Origin: Wolbachia endosymbiont of Cimex lectularius
GTDB lineage: Bacteria; Pseudomonadota; Alphaproteobacteria; Rickettsiales; Anaplasmataceae
Reading direction: 5' to 3'
Assembly (NCBI RefSeq): GCF_000829315.1
Contig: NZ_AP013028.1
Coordinates: 60,001-92,000 of the forward strand
Length of the DNA: 32,000 nt
Below the pieces are notes generated by a model that saw only the letters and a program-made list of their open reading frames with translations, ran no database searches and was not told where the DNA came from. Of the stretch, positions 9,561 through 18,479 are shown piece by piece; the first letter of the stretch is position 1; each line of letters starts with the position of its first letter. The translations under genes were made by a program, and so were the position numbers.

Positions 9561-11729
9561 TTGAAAAAGGTAGTGAGGACTAAACAAAATAGGTATGTAA
9601 AGTATATGGAGGGGTTTATGCCTATTAATTATTATAAAGTGTTAGGGGTGGAAAGAAATGCTACTGAAGAGGAAATAAAAAAAGCATATAAGAAATTAGC
9701 ACTGAAGTATCATCCAGATAAAAATCCTGGTAATAAAGAAGAAGCAGAGAAAAAATTTAAAGAAATCTATTCTGCATATCAGGTATTATCCGATCCAGAA
9801 AAAAGAAGTAAGTATGACATGGGAGAAGATATTGGTCAAAAAACTCGCTGGTCGGCGGAATGGCTACGTAAAGAATCAAGACGTCAAGATGAAGAATCAA
9901 GACGTCAAGATGAAGAATTAAGACGTCAAGATGAAGAATTAAGACGTCAAGATGAAGAATCAAGACGTCAAGATGAAGAATCAAGACATCAAGATGAAGA
10001 ATCAAAACGTCAAGATGAAGAATTAAGACGTCAAGATGAAGAATTAAGACGTCAAGATGAAGAATCAAGACGTCAAGATGAAGAATCAAGACATCAAGAT
10101 GAAGAATCAAAACGTCAAGATGAAGAATTAAGACGTCAAGATGAAGAATTAAGACGTCAAGATGAAGAATTAAGACGTCAAGATGAAGAATTAAGACGTC
10201 AAGATGAAGAATTAAGACGTCAAGATGAAGAATTAAGACGTCAAGATGAAGAATCAAGACGTCAAGATGAAGAATCAAGACATCAAGATGAAGAATCAAA
10301 ACGTCAAGATGAAGAATTAAGACGTCAAGATGAAGAATTAAGACGTCAAGATGAAGAATCAAGACGTCAAGATGAAGAATCAAGACGTCAAGATGAAGAA
10401 TCAAGACGTCAAGATGAAGAATCAAGACGTCAAGATGAAGAATTAAGACGTCAAGATGAAGAATCAAGACGTCAAGATGAGTTGAAAGATAGTATCATAC
10501 AAGGTGATTTTGAGAGGTGTCGTTCTTTGATAGAAGGAGGTGTAGACGTTAATGTAAAATTCCTCGATTCAACAACCCCAGTGAAACGTGCTATTGAGCA
10601 TGATCGTGAGAAAATTTTAGGTTTCTTGATTGAAGAAGGAGCAGAAATATCATTCAATGCTGCTTTAAGTGATGCTATTAAACATGGTTCTAAAAGGATT
10701 TTTGATTGCCTTTTAAATAAATATGCAGACAAAGTAGACATTAATCATCAAGATAAAGGTGGAAACACAGCTTTACACCATGCATTACAGGGGTTTATTA
10801 GGGATGAATCGAAATACAAAAATTTTGCTGAGTCACTCCTTGGCAAAGGTGCGAAACTTGATGTTAAAAATAACAAAAATGAAACTCCGTTTGATCTCTT
10901 GATAGGCTATGTTGAGAAGTATTCTTATGAAAAAGCGCAAGGATTAACCTTTGTTTTGGAGTTGCTTAGCAAGCATGAAAATAAAAATGCACTAAAAGAG
11001 CTAAAATATAAAGGTGATACTCCTGCGTTAAATAAACTGCTGGAACTTGCTGTTAAATATAATTCTCAGGGGGCTTTTAAATCTCTTTTAGATCAATATG
11101 ATATAGACATCAATTATCAAGATAAAAACAGAGATACAGCTTTACATCATGCATTAAAAGGGTTCATTGATGCTGAGTATGATTCTTCAAAACGAAATAG
11201 ATACAAAAGTTTTGCTGAATCACTTCTGAGTAAAGGTGCAAAACTTGATATTAAAAATAACAAAAATGAAACTCCATTTGATCTCTTGATAGACTATGTT
11301 AAGAAGTATTCTTCTGAAAAAGCGCAAAGACTGACTACTGTTTTAGAGTTACTCGACAAATGTAAAAATAAGGATGCACTAAAAGAACTAAGATGTAAGG
11401 ATGGCACTCCTGCATTAGATAAACTAAAGAAACTTGAGTCTGATTTTGACCGGTCGTACTCCACATTCAAAAATAGTAAAGTAGGGAACGTTCAAAAAAA
11501 TCTGCTACCAGAAAGCACATTTAATAATTCATTGTGGTACGTGATTGGTGCCATAGCTGGTGCAGCAATTGGAGCAGCCCTAGCATATAGCATTACTGAT
11601 GCTTTTTCAGTAATTATAGCAGCTGTTGTGATTGGTTCATTGCTAGGTATGGCAATAACTTATGGTGTTAGCAAATGTTTAGAGCAACCTAAAATAGAAC
11701 ATATAACAAAGGAACCATATGTATCTTAG
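9561..11729 (+). CDS. DnaJ-domain protein with heptapeptide tandem repeats, ankyrin repeats and C-terminal transmembrane segments
   Basis: J domain: [64 protein letters not shown]; then about 29 x [S/L]RRQDEE; ankyrin units ([19 protein letters not shown]..., duplicated); C-terminal [44 protein letters not shown]. Confidence 0.9.
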   Translation: MKKVVRTKQNRYVKYMEGFMPINYYKVLGVERNATEEEIKKAYKKLALKYHPDKNPGNKEEAEKKFKEIYSAYQVLSDPEKRSKYDMGEDIGQKTRWSAEWLRKESRRQDEESRRQDEELRRQDEELRRQDEESRRQDEESRHQDEESKRQDEELRRQDEELRRQDEESRRQDEESRHQDEESKRQDEELRRQDEELRRQDEELRRQDEELRRQDEELRRQDEELRRQDEESRRQDEESRHQDEESKRQDEELRRQDEELRRQDEESRRQDEESRRQDEESRRQDEESRRQDEELRRQDEESRRQDELKDSIIQGDFERCRSLIEGGVDVNVKFLDSTTPVKRAIEHDREKILGFLIEEGAEISFNAALSDAIKHGSKRIFDCLLNKYADKVDINHQDKGGNTALHHALQGFIRDESKYKNFAESLLGKGAKLDVKNNKNETPFDLLIGYVEKYSYEKAQGLTFVLELLSKHENKNALKELKYKGDTPALNKLLELAVKYNSQGAFKSLLDQYDIDINYQDKNRDTALHHALKGFIDAEYDSSKRNRYKSFAESLLSKGAKLDIKNNKNETPFDLLIDYVKKYSSEKAQRLTTVLELLDKCKNKDALKELRCKDGTPALDKLKKLESDFDRSYSTFKNSKVGNVQKNLLPESTFNNSLWYVIGAIAGAAIGAALAYSITDAFSVIIAAVVIGSLLGMAITYGVSKCLEQPKIEHITKEPYVS
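9875..10481 (+). repeat. 21-bp tandem array (about 29 copies) inside the DnaJ-ankyrin gene
   Basis: Unit (tca/tta)agacgtcaagatgaagaa, encoding (S/L)RRQDEE; variants SRHQDEE and SKRQDEE recur in order as a 5-unit higher-order block (L-L-S-SRH-SKR). Confidence 0.97.
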
Positions 11730-11753
11730 GGTGTGATAAATATTGAAGCAAAA

Positions 11754-11865
11754 ATGGTGCCATATAAGTAGCTGACACTGGAACCTAGGATACTGCTTTA
11801 GTAATAAATATTTAAGAAATTTACTAAATAGAGAAAAAAGCAAAAGGAGTCCCGTGGTGGCTAGT
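11754..11865 (-). repeat. Dispersed intergenic repeat, family 1 copy (inverse orientation)
   Basis: GTAGCTGACACTGGAACCTAGGATACTGCTTTAGTAATAAATATTTAAGAAATTTACTAAATAGAGAAAAAGCAAAAGGAGTCCCGTGGTGGCTAGTTATTTA. Confidence 0.8.
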
Positions 11866-11944
11866 TATTTACTTTTGTGTCGAAATATCGGCGTTTTTTT
11901 TATTCTAAACGCTTGATGAATGCGACTTAGCTGCAAACGTTTAA

Positions 11945-12002
11945 AAAATTTACTAAACAGAAAAAACAGCAAAAGAAACCCCGGTAGCTAGTTATTTACT
12001 AT
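11945..12002 (-). repeat. Dispersed intergenic repeat, family 1, shorter copy
   Basis: AAATTTACTAAACAGAAAAAACAGCAAAAGAAACCCCGGTAGCTAGTTATTTACT. Confidence 0.65.
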
Positions 12003-12129
12003 CTATCCTATAATATTGGCGTTTTTTTATGTTTTAAACGACTTATAAGCGCGTTTGAGCTTGAAAACCAGAAGTTTTAAAAAGACGTGAGGTGCACATA
12101 GTGCAAAAAATTAAACATGGTACACCAGA

Positions 12130-12280
12130 TATACTAAGTTTTTTTGTCGTTTAATCTGCACAGACTGAAGATAAGTAATAGCTTCAATCTCATTATAAGG
12201 GGGTTGGTGAGATTTGTCAAGCAAATTTTGCTTTAATTCGTTTCTATGCTACTTGGATGACACAGTAGGTTATTTAGAGA
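12130..12280 (+). repeat. Dispersed intergenic repeat, family 2 copy
   Basis: AATCTGCACAGACTGAAG...AGCTTCAATCTCATTATAAGGGGGTTGGTGAGATTTGTCAAG...GTTTCTATGCTACTTGGATGACA; inverse copy at 15715-15845. Confidence 0.75.
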
Positions 12281-12332
12281 ATTTTACAAAAATCCATTTT
12301 TAACTTACACTATAGTTTTAAACCTACAACTT

Positions 12333-13847
12333 ATGCGCAATAGGCTTATAATCAAATCTTTTTCGGTACTGTGTATCCTCCTCCTTGCTTTATATGTAAT
12401 ACTGCCGAATTTCTTTGATAATAAGCTTCTTGTTTCAAAAAAGAGAATAAACCTAGGGCTCGACCTGAAAGGTGGGTCATCTCTGCTTCTTAATGTAGAT
12501 TTGGATTCTTACTTCAAAGAAAAATTGAGTATGTTAGCCGATGAAATAAAGGAAAGCCTACTAGCAAAAAGCATCGAATCCCGCGTACAAAGCGATAAAC
12601 AGGTGGTTGTAACTTTAAATAATACTGATGACTATAGGAAAGTTTCAACGCTAGTTCATAGAATAAACCCAAATTTAGAGCTAAATAGGAAGGATTCTTC
12701 GATTTTCATTTCATATAAGCCTCATTATAAAAATTCCCTAATCAATGAAGTAGTTTCAGAGTCGATAAATAACGTCCAAAGACGCCTGGATAAGCTTGGT
12801 ACGAGGGAAGTAAGCGTACAAAAACAAGGGCAGAACAAAATATTAGTTCAAGTGCCTGGAGTAGAAGATACCGAACAAATAAAATCTCTGCTTGGCAGAA
12901 CTGCTAAGCTAGCTTTCCATTTGGCAAACACTAATGTGGCCAAAATGCAGGATATAGACCACGAAACTACCGTCATATTCAAGGATTCTTTAGGCAACTC
13001 TTATCCAATATTCCGCAAGACTGAAATAGGCGGTGATTCGCTGGTTAACGCGTCAGTTAGATTCGGTTCGCTTGGTAAACCCACAGTACATTTTAAATTC
13101 GACAGCGTAGCAAGTAAGAGATTCGCAAAAATCACTAAAGAAAACGTGGGAAAACCCTTTGCAATTGTTCTCGATAACACAGTTCTAACTGTGCCAACAA
13201 TACGCGAACCAATTCTAAATGGAGAGGGAGAAATTAGTGGTAATTTCACTGAAAAACAAGCGGGTGAGCTTGCAATACTCCTAAAATCTGGCGCATTGCC
13301 AGCACCGCTTAAAATAATAGAAGAGAAAAATATCGGTCCAAGCCTTGGGGAAGAGTCAATAAAAGCAGGAGAAATAGCAGCGATAATCTCTATCGTAACT
13401 GTTGCTTTATTTATAATTATTATTTACGGCAAGTTAGGCTTATTAGCCTCTGTTGCATTGCTTTTTAATGTAATTTCTATACTATTAATTCTTACCCTAC
13501 TTGAGGCAACTCTGACTTTACCTGGAATTGCCGGTATTGCGCTAACTGTTGGTATGTCGGTTGACGCAAATGTTTTGATATTCGAACGCATTCGCGAAGA
13601 AATGAAATCAGGAAAAAGAACGGTCCGTGCTATTGAAGAGGGTTTTAAAAACGCAATAAAAACAATCCTTGATTCAAACCTCACCACACTAATTGCCGCG
13701 GGAATAATGTTTGCCATTGGCAGCGGGGCGATAAGAGGCTTCTCTGTTACTTTGTCAATAGGCATCTTATGCTCGATGTTTTCCACAATCACAGTCACAA
13801 AACTGCTAATAGAATTGTGTGTGGATCCGAAGAAGTTGGTACTTTAA
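12333..13847 (+). CDS. secD: Protein translocase subunit SecD
   Basis: KKRINLGLDLKGGSSLLLNVD; C-terminal GIALTVGMSVDANVLIFERIREEMKSGKRTVRAIEEGFKNAIKTILDSNLTTLIAA. Confidence 0.96.
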   Translation: MRNRLIIKSFSVLCILLLALYVILPNFFDNKLLVSKKRINLGLDLKGGSSLLLNVDLDSYFKEKLSMLADEIKESLLAKSIESRVQSDKQVVVTLNNTDDYRKVSTLVHRINPNLELNRKDSSIFISYKPHYKNSLINEVVSESINNVQRRLDKLGTREVSVQKQGQNKILVQVPGVEDTEQIKSLLGRTAKLAFHLANTNVAKMQDIDHETTVIFKDSLGNSYPIFRKTEIGGDSLVNASVRFGSLGKPTVHFKFDSVASKRFAKITKENVGKPFAIVLDNTVLTVPTIREPILNGEGEISGNFTEKQAGELAILLKSGALPAPLKIIEEKNIGPSLGEESIKAGEIAAIISIVTVALFIIIIYGKLGLLASVALLFNVISILLILTLLEATLTLPGIAGIALTVGMSVDANVLIFERIREEMKSGKRTVRAIEEGFKNAIKTILDSNLTTLIAAGIMFAIGSGAIRGFSVTLSIGILCSMFSTITVTKLLIELCVDPKKLVL

Positions 13848-13897
13848 GTTACTAATTCCAAAACAACGAAATTGCTGTATAATATCATTTTGAGGTT

Positions 13898-15091
13898 TTG
13901 TTTCTAATGCATAGGTTTGCGATACTCTTTTCTATACTGCTTGCAATAGTTGCGTACTACTTAAACAATGAAGTCGTATTTGAAGTAGCAAAGCTATTTA
14001 GTGACATATTCATCAGCTTGCTCAAATTGATCAGTCTACCTTTAGTTTTTCTGTCCATAGTGTCTACAATTTCAGGACTTAAAGACTCGATTGAAATTAA
14101 AACTTTACTTAAGAAAACACTGTTCTATACGCTGCTTACAACCATTATAGCTGCGTTTGTTGCGCTATCTTTCTATTTACTTATGGATCCAGTGAGAAAA
14201 AATTTCATAAGTAACACGATAGAAAGCGTAAGTGACGGCAATTACAACTACTTTTCATACTTGAAATCACTCATTCCTTCAAATTTTGTGCAAGTCTTTC
14301 TTGAAAATAACGTTATTGGCAGCATATTGATCGCTTTTTTAATGGGTGGAGCTGTTATTTCACTCTCAAGAGAAAAACAGGATATATTACATCAAGTATT
14401 CTCTGCACTTTTTGATGCGTTGCTTAAAATTGCTCAAGGGTTACTGAAGTTTATTCCGCTTGCTGTATGGTCTTTTATCACATGTTTTTTGCACGAATTG
14501 AAAGGTGGCAGCGAGTTCCATAGTCTTTTGTGGTATTTTGCTTGCATAATGTCTGCGAATTTCGTGCAAGCGTTTCTGGTTTTACCGCTACTTATATGGT
14601 ATAAAGGCATATCGCCAATTCAAACGCTGAAGGGAGTTATGCCGGCGCTTACACTTGCGTTTTTTTCTAAATCATCCAGTGCAACACTACCGACAACCAT
14701 AGACTGTGTGCAAAATAAGCTAAAAGTGCCAAAGAAATTGTCGTCCTTTATTTTACCAATATGCACAACAATCAATATGAACGCATGTGCTGCGTTTATT
14801 TTGATTACAGTAATGTTTGTTGCAGAGATGAATGGGCACACATTTTCCTTAAGCGAAATGTTTATATGGATTTTTCTAGCTACAGGAGCTGCAATTGGCA
14901 ACGCTGGAGTGCCGATGGGATGCTATTTTATGGCAACTAGTTATCTTGTATCAATGAACGTTCCTTTGTATATTATGGGACTGATTTTGCCTATTTACAC
15001 GATTATCGATATGTGTGAAACTGCAATAAATGTGTGGTCTGATGTTTGCGTAACTCAAATAATCAATAAAGAATGTAAGGGTGAAACTTAA
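13898..15091 (+). CDS. Dicarboxylate/amino acid:cation symporter (GltP/DctA family); start could be 13898 or the in-frame ATG at 13907
   Basis: Multi-TM protein with KLISLPLVFLSIVSTI and FFSKSSSATLPTTIDCVQNKLKVPKKLSSFILPICTTINMNACAAF signatures. Confidence 0.9.
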   Translation: MFLMHRFAILFSILLAIVAYYLNNEVVFEVAKLFSDIFISLLKLISLPLVFLSIVSTISGLKDSIEIKTLLKKTLFYTLLTTIIAAFVALSFYLLMDPVRKNFISNTIESVSDGNYNYFSYLKSLIPSNFVQVFLENNVIGSILIAFLMGGAVISLSREKQDILHQVFSALFDALLKIAQGLLKFIPLAVWSFITCFLHELKGGSEFHSLLWYFACIMSANFVQAFLVLPLLIWYKGISPIQTLKGVMPALTLAFFSKSSSATLPTTIDCVQNKLKVPKKLSSFILPICTTINMNACAAFILITVMFVAEMNGHTFSLSEMFIWIFLATGAAIGNAGVPMGCYFMATSYLVSMNVPLYIMGLILPIYTIIDMCETAINVWSDVCVTQIINKECKGET

Positions 15092-15097
15092 AAAACG

Positions 15098-15700
15098 ATG
15101 TTAGACAAAAATGATCCAATAATGGAGGAATTTGAGGAAGCTGGAGCGATTTTGCACGGGCATTTTGTCCTGTCATCAGGGCTGCATAGCGATACATATA
15201 TACAATGCGCTAAGATTTTTGAGAATCCAAGCAGAGCCATGAAAGTTTGCGAGCTATTGGCAAACAAGATAAGAAAAGAGCTAAGTAGCCCAATAGATTT
15301 AATACTATCTCCTGCCATTGGTGGAATAATCGTGGGTTATGAGATTGGCAGGCAGCTTGGAATCAGGACGATGTTTTGCGAGCGCGTTAATGGCAAGTTT
15401 GAATTGCGCCGCGGATTTGAGATCAAAAAGGGTGAGAAAATATTACTGATTGAAGATGTGATAACCACGGGTAAATCCTCACTAGAAGCGGTAGAATGTG
15501 CAGAAGGGAAGGGGGGTAAAGTCGTTGCTGAAGCTGCTCTAATCAAGAGGAATAGTGAAGCAAAATTGCCTTTTCCTGTTATATCTTTGCTTGAGCTTAG
15601 CATTGAAAACTACAGTGAAGCGGAGCTTCCTGAAGAATTGAGAAAACTGCCTGTAACCAAGCCAGGGAGCCGGGAATATCTAAGTAATTATGCAAAGTAA
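15098..15700 (+). CDS. pyrE: Orotate phosphoribosyltransferase
   Basis: FVLSSGLHSDTYIQCAKIF and the PRPP-binding motif ILLIEDVITTGKSSLEAVE. Confidence 0.9.
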   Translation: MLDKNDPIMEEFEEAGAILHGHFVLSSGLHSDTYIQCAKIFENPSRAMKVCELLANKIRKELSSPIDLILSPAIGGIIVGYEIGRQLGIRTMFCERVNGKFELRRGFEIKKGEKILLIEDVITTGKSSLEAVECAEGKGGKVVAEAALIKRNSEAKLPFPVISLLELSIENYSEAELPEELRKLPVTKPGSREYLSNYAK

Positions 15701-15714
15701 TTCTATTTTCAATG

Positions 15715-15845
15715 TCATCCAAGTAGCATAGAAACAGAATGAAAAAACTACTTGATAACTTTCACCAACCCCCTTATAATGATACTGAAGCTATTTGTTT
15801 AACTTCCCAATCTGTGCAGGTTAAAATGACAAGAAAACTTGTATT
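15715..15845 (-). repeat. Dispersed intergenic repeat, family 2 copy (inverse)
   Basis: ATGTCATCCAAGTAGCATAGAAAC...CTTTCACCAACCCCCTTATAATGATACTGAAGCTATTTG...CTGTGCAGGTT, the reverse complement of the 12130-12280 sequence. Confidence 0.75.
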
Positions 15846-15983
15846 TGGCGTACTATTGTTTAATTTTTCGCACTATGTGCACTGCATGTCTTTTTAAAAC
15901 TTCGGGTTTCTACCCATACAAGCTGAAACGCGCTTATAAGTCGTTTAAGACATCACCCAACGCCGGATTTTAAAATAGAGATG

Positions 15984-16048
15984 GAATAACTAGCTACCTC
16001 GGGGTTTTGTTGTCCTTTTTTTCTGCCTGGTAAATTTCTTAAATATTA
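15984..16048 (+). repeat. Dispersed intergenic repeat, family 1, divergent copy
   Basis: TAACTAGCTACCTCGGGGTTTTGTTGTCCTTTTTTTCTGCCTGGTAAATTTCTTAAATATTATAG. Confidence 0.65.
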
Positions 16049-16120
16049 TAGCTTAGACTAGTTGCGTTTAAAAGCAGCTAAATTGCAGCGTTTAAGGCAT
16101 AAAAACGCCAATACTAAAAA

Positions 16121-16289
16121 TAAATACCGACCGGGGCTTCTTTTGCTTTTTTCTCTATTTAGTAAATTTTTTAATATAGTTGCAATTCAAGATGAGGCTT
16201 GGGTTCGTAGGCCAATACATCCGAAACAAAAAGATTGAATATTTCTACAGAATTGTGTATAATTATTAATATTTTTAAGCACTATAGTT
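16121..16289 (+). repeat. Conserved 5' module upstream of Rpn-family copy B
   Basis: GGGGCTTCTTTTGCTTTTTCTCTATTTAGTAAATTTTTTAATATAGTTGCAATTCAAGATGAGGCTTGGGTTCGTAGGCCAATACATCCGAAACAAAAAGATTGAATATTTCTACAGAATTGTGTATAAT. Confidence 0.85.
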
Positions 16290-17228
16290 GTGGCTTTCTC
16301 AAAATTTCTCGACCCTAAAAACGATGTAGCGTTTCGTCGTATCTTTGGTACTGAAAAAAATAAAGATATTCTTATTCATTTCTTAAATGATATTTTAGGC
16401 TTTACTGGCAAGGATGAAATAAAAGAAATAGAATTCCTCAGCACTATTCAAGATGCTGAAATTGCCTCCAAAAAGCAAAGCATTGTTGATGTTCTCTGTA
16501 GAGATGAAAATGGGGTGCAAGTGATAGTCGAAATACAGGTTGCTAAAACTAAAGGCTTTGAAAAACGTGCTCAATATTATGCTGCTGAAGCGTATTCAAG
16601 ACAGGCTAACAAAGGTGATCAATATGAAGACCTCAAAGAAATTATCTTTATCGCCATTGCCGATTGTATCTTATTTCCCGACAAGTCCGAATATAAATCA
16701 AAGCACACTATTCGGGATGAGGATACTAATGAGCATGACTTAAAAGATTTTTATTTTACATTTATTGAACTACCAAAATTTCCGAAAACGAAGGAAGATC
16801 AATTGGAGAGTATAGTAGAAAAATGGGTCTACTTTTTCAAGTATGCAGATGAAACCAGTGAAAAGGAATTGGAAAAAATAATAGGAAGTGACGTAATAAT
16901 CAAAAAAGCATATGAGGAGCTGAATAGATTCAACTGGTCAGAAAAGGAGTTCATAGCATATGAACAAGAAATAAAGCGTATTCGTGATGAGAAAGCTGTT
17001 CTAGCTCAAAAACTTGATGATGCTACTGAAAAAGGCAGAAAAGAGGGCATCCAAATCGGCAGGGAAGAAGGCATCCAAATCGGCGAAGAAAGAGGAGAAA
17101 AACACGCTAAAATAGTTGTAGCTAAAAACTCACTTAAGGCCGGTGTCTCTATAGATGTTATAGCTCAAATTACCGGACTTTCCCTCGATGAAATCAAAAA
17201 GCTAAGGAATTATATTTCATCTAGTTAA
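16290..17228 (+). CDS. Rpn family recombination-promoting nuclease / PD-(D/E)XK nuclease family putative transposase (copy B)
   Basis: MAFSKFLDPKNDVAFRRIFGTEKNKDILIHFLNDILGFTGKDEI...VIVEIQVAKTKGFEKRAQYYAAEAYSRQ...; full-length, apparently intact; alternative start (GTG). Confidence 0.85.
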   Translation: MAFSKFLDPKNDVAFRRIFGTEKNKDILIHFLNDILGFTGKDEIKEIEFLSTIQDAEIASKKQSIVDVLCRDENGVQVIVEIQVAKTKGFEKRAQYYAAEAYSRQANKGDQYEDLKEIIFIAIADCILFPDKSEYKSKHTIRDEDTNEHDLKDFYFTFIELPKFPKTKEDQLESIVEKWVYFFKYADETSEKELEKIIGSDVIIKKAYEELNRFNWSEKEFIAYEQEIKRIRDEKAVLAQKLDDATEKGRKEGIQIGREEGIQIGEERGEKHAKIVVAKNSLKAGVSIDVIAQITGLSLDEIKKLRNYISSS

Positions 17229-17321
17229 AAGCCTTGAGCTTGAGTCAAATGAAGACAGTATTCGAACCATCCATCCACAGCTGTACGAACATTGTGATTT
17301 GAGCCTACCACTGGGGTGTCA

Positions 17322-17342
17322 TGCCAGTGCTTGACACTGGCA
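17322..17342. repeat. Small hairpin, 8-bp perfect stem
   Basis: TGCCAGTG-cttga-CACTGGCA. Confidence 0.6.
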
Positions 17343-17430
17343 TCCAGGAATTTTACTAAGTTGGTGAGTATAAAAGTAGCTGTTTTATGTTAAAATACGA
17401 CGTTTTTGATAATTATGGAAAAGCTGGATC

Positions 17431-17453
17431 CCAGTGTCACGCACTGGGATGAT
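17431..17453. repeat. Small hairpin, 9-bp perfect stem
   Basis: ATCCCAGTG-tcacg-CACTGGGAT. Confidence 0.6.
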
Positions 17454-17654
17454 ACCGTCTGTTACGTAAATTACCTGCTAATTGCAATGTTCATACAGCT
17501 GTGCCATCCATCCAGGAAAATTCTCTGATTAAGCTCAAGTGTATACAGTTTCTACACCACTGGATATTTGTTGTGTTAATATTGAAGATAAGTGAACAGG
17601 AATGTCATTGGCTACTTTGTCCACGCATTCAACTTCAAACTGCTTAGAACCTGT

Positions 17655-18119
17655 TTAAAATCTTCGTAACAGGAGAGAAATGAAGGAGAGGACTATCATC
17701 TGTAAGCTAGTGTTGAGCTTCCGCTCGCAATTTTTCCACAATCGCCTGCACTTTTCTAACCAGGCAAAAGAGCGTTCAACAACCCATCTTTTTGGCAATA
17801 CGACGAAAGTGTGTAACTCACTTCGCTTTATTACTTCAACAGTCGCACCAATGATAGCTTTTATTTGTGTTGCAAAATTTTCTCCTGTGTAGCCAGCATC
17901 AACCAGTATGTTTTTAACTTCAGAGAGGTTTACTTTAGCATTTTCGACCATTTTCACAGCACTGCTACGGTCAGTTGCTTCTGCCGTTGTTACATAAATT
18001 GCATGTGGCAAACCTTGTGTATCAACTGCAATATGGCGCTTTATCCCTGAAATCTTTTTACCTGCATCATAGCCTTTTTTTTTCAGCAGTATCTGCGTTT
18101 TTAACGCTTTGAGAATCAA
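17655..18119 (-). CDS. IS5-type transposase, catalytic C-terminal part
   Basis: KKGYDAGKKISGIKRHIAVDTQGLPHAIYVTTAEATDRSSAVKMVE...NILVDAGYTGENFA...VLPKRWVVERSFAWLEKCRRLWKNCERKLNTSLQM. Confidence 0.88.
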   Translation of the reverse strand: MILKALKTQILLKKKGYDAGKKISGIKRHIAVDTQGLPHAIYVTTAEATDRSSAVKMVENAKVNLSEVKNILVDAGYTGENFATQIKAIIGATVEVIKRSELHTFVVLPKRWVVERSFAWLEKCRRLWKNCERKLNTSLQMIVLSFISLLLRRF

Positions 18120-18130
18120 TTATACAAAAG

Positions 18131-18451
18131 CTAGTTTTCTCTTTCCGACCATTGCTGATACGGACCTCTCCAACTAATTTTTTTTAAGACTAATTCCAAC
18201 AAGCTTGGCTCTTCTCCATTCTTTTTACTCCACACTCGAAAATAGTAATATACGCTTTCCCATCTTGGAAAACCCTTTGGTAACATCCTCCACTGACAAC
18301 CACTTTTTAAGACGTACAACACCCCACAAAATACGTCATACAAATCAAGTTTTCTTGGTTTTGTTTTCTGCTTGCTACTCTCCAAAATTGGCCTGATTTT
18401 TTCAAACTGCTCTTGACTTATATTACTTGGATAACTTTTCTGCATAGACAC
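18131..18451 (-). CDS. IS5-type transposase, N-terminal part
   Basis: NISQEQFEKIRPILESSKQKTKPRKLDLYDVFCGVLYVLKSGCQWRMLPKGFPRWESVYYYFRVW. Confidence 0.88.
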   Translation of the reverse strand: MSMQKSYPSNISQEQFEKIRPILESSKQKTKPRKLDLYDVFCGVLYVLKSGCQWRMLPKGFPRWESVYYYFRVWSKKNGEEPSLLELVLKKISWRGPYQQWSEREN

Positions 18452-18479
18452 CTCATTATTAATCTATGCTTACTTTACC

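Noticed and set aside
9757-10467. Minus-strand 236-aa ORF of repeated ILHLDVL
   Set aside because: It is the antisense reading of the 21-bp tandem array; a stop-free repeat unit automatically gives a long antisense ORF.
9875-10481. Possible CRISPR array
   Set aside because: Direct head-to-tail 21-bp repeats with no spacers, in frame within a protein gene.
13001-15603. Minus-strand ORFs inside secD, the symporter and pyrE (13001-13249, 13424-13798, 14620-14901, 15088-15318, 15337-15603)
   Set aside because: Shadow ORFs opposite well-supported housekeeping genes.
17680-18396. Plus-strand ORFs within the IS element (17680-17892, 17865-18050, 18205-18396)
   Set aside because: Antisense to the recognisable transposase frames.
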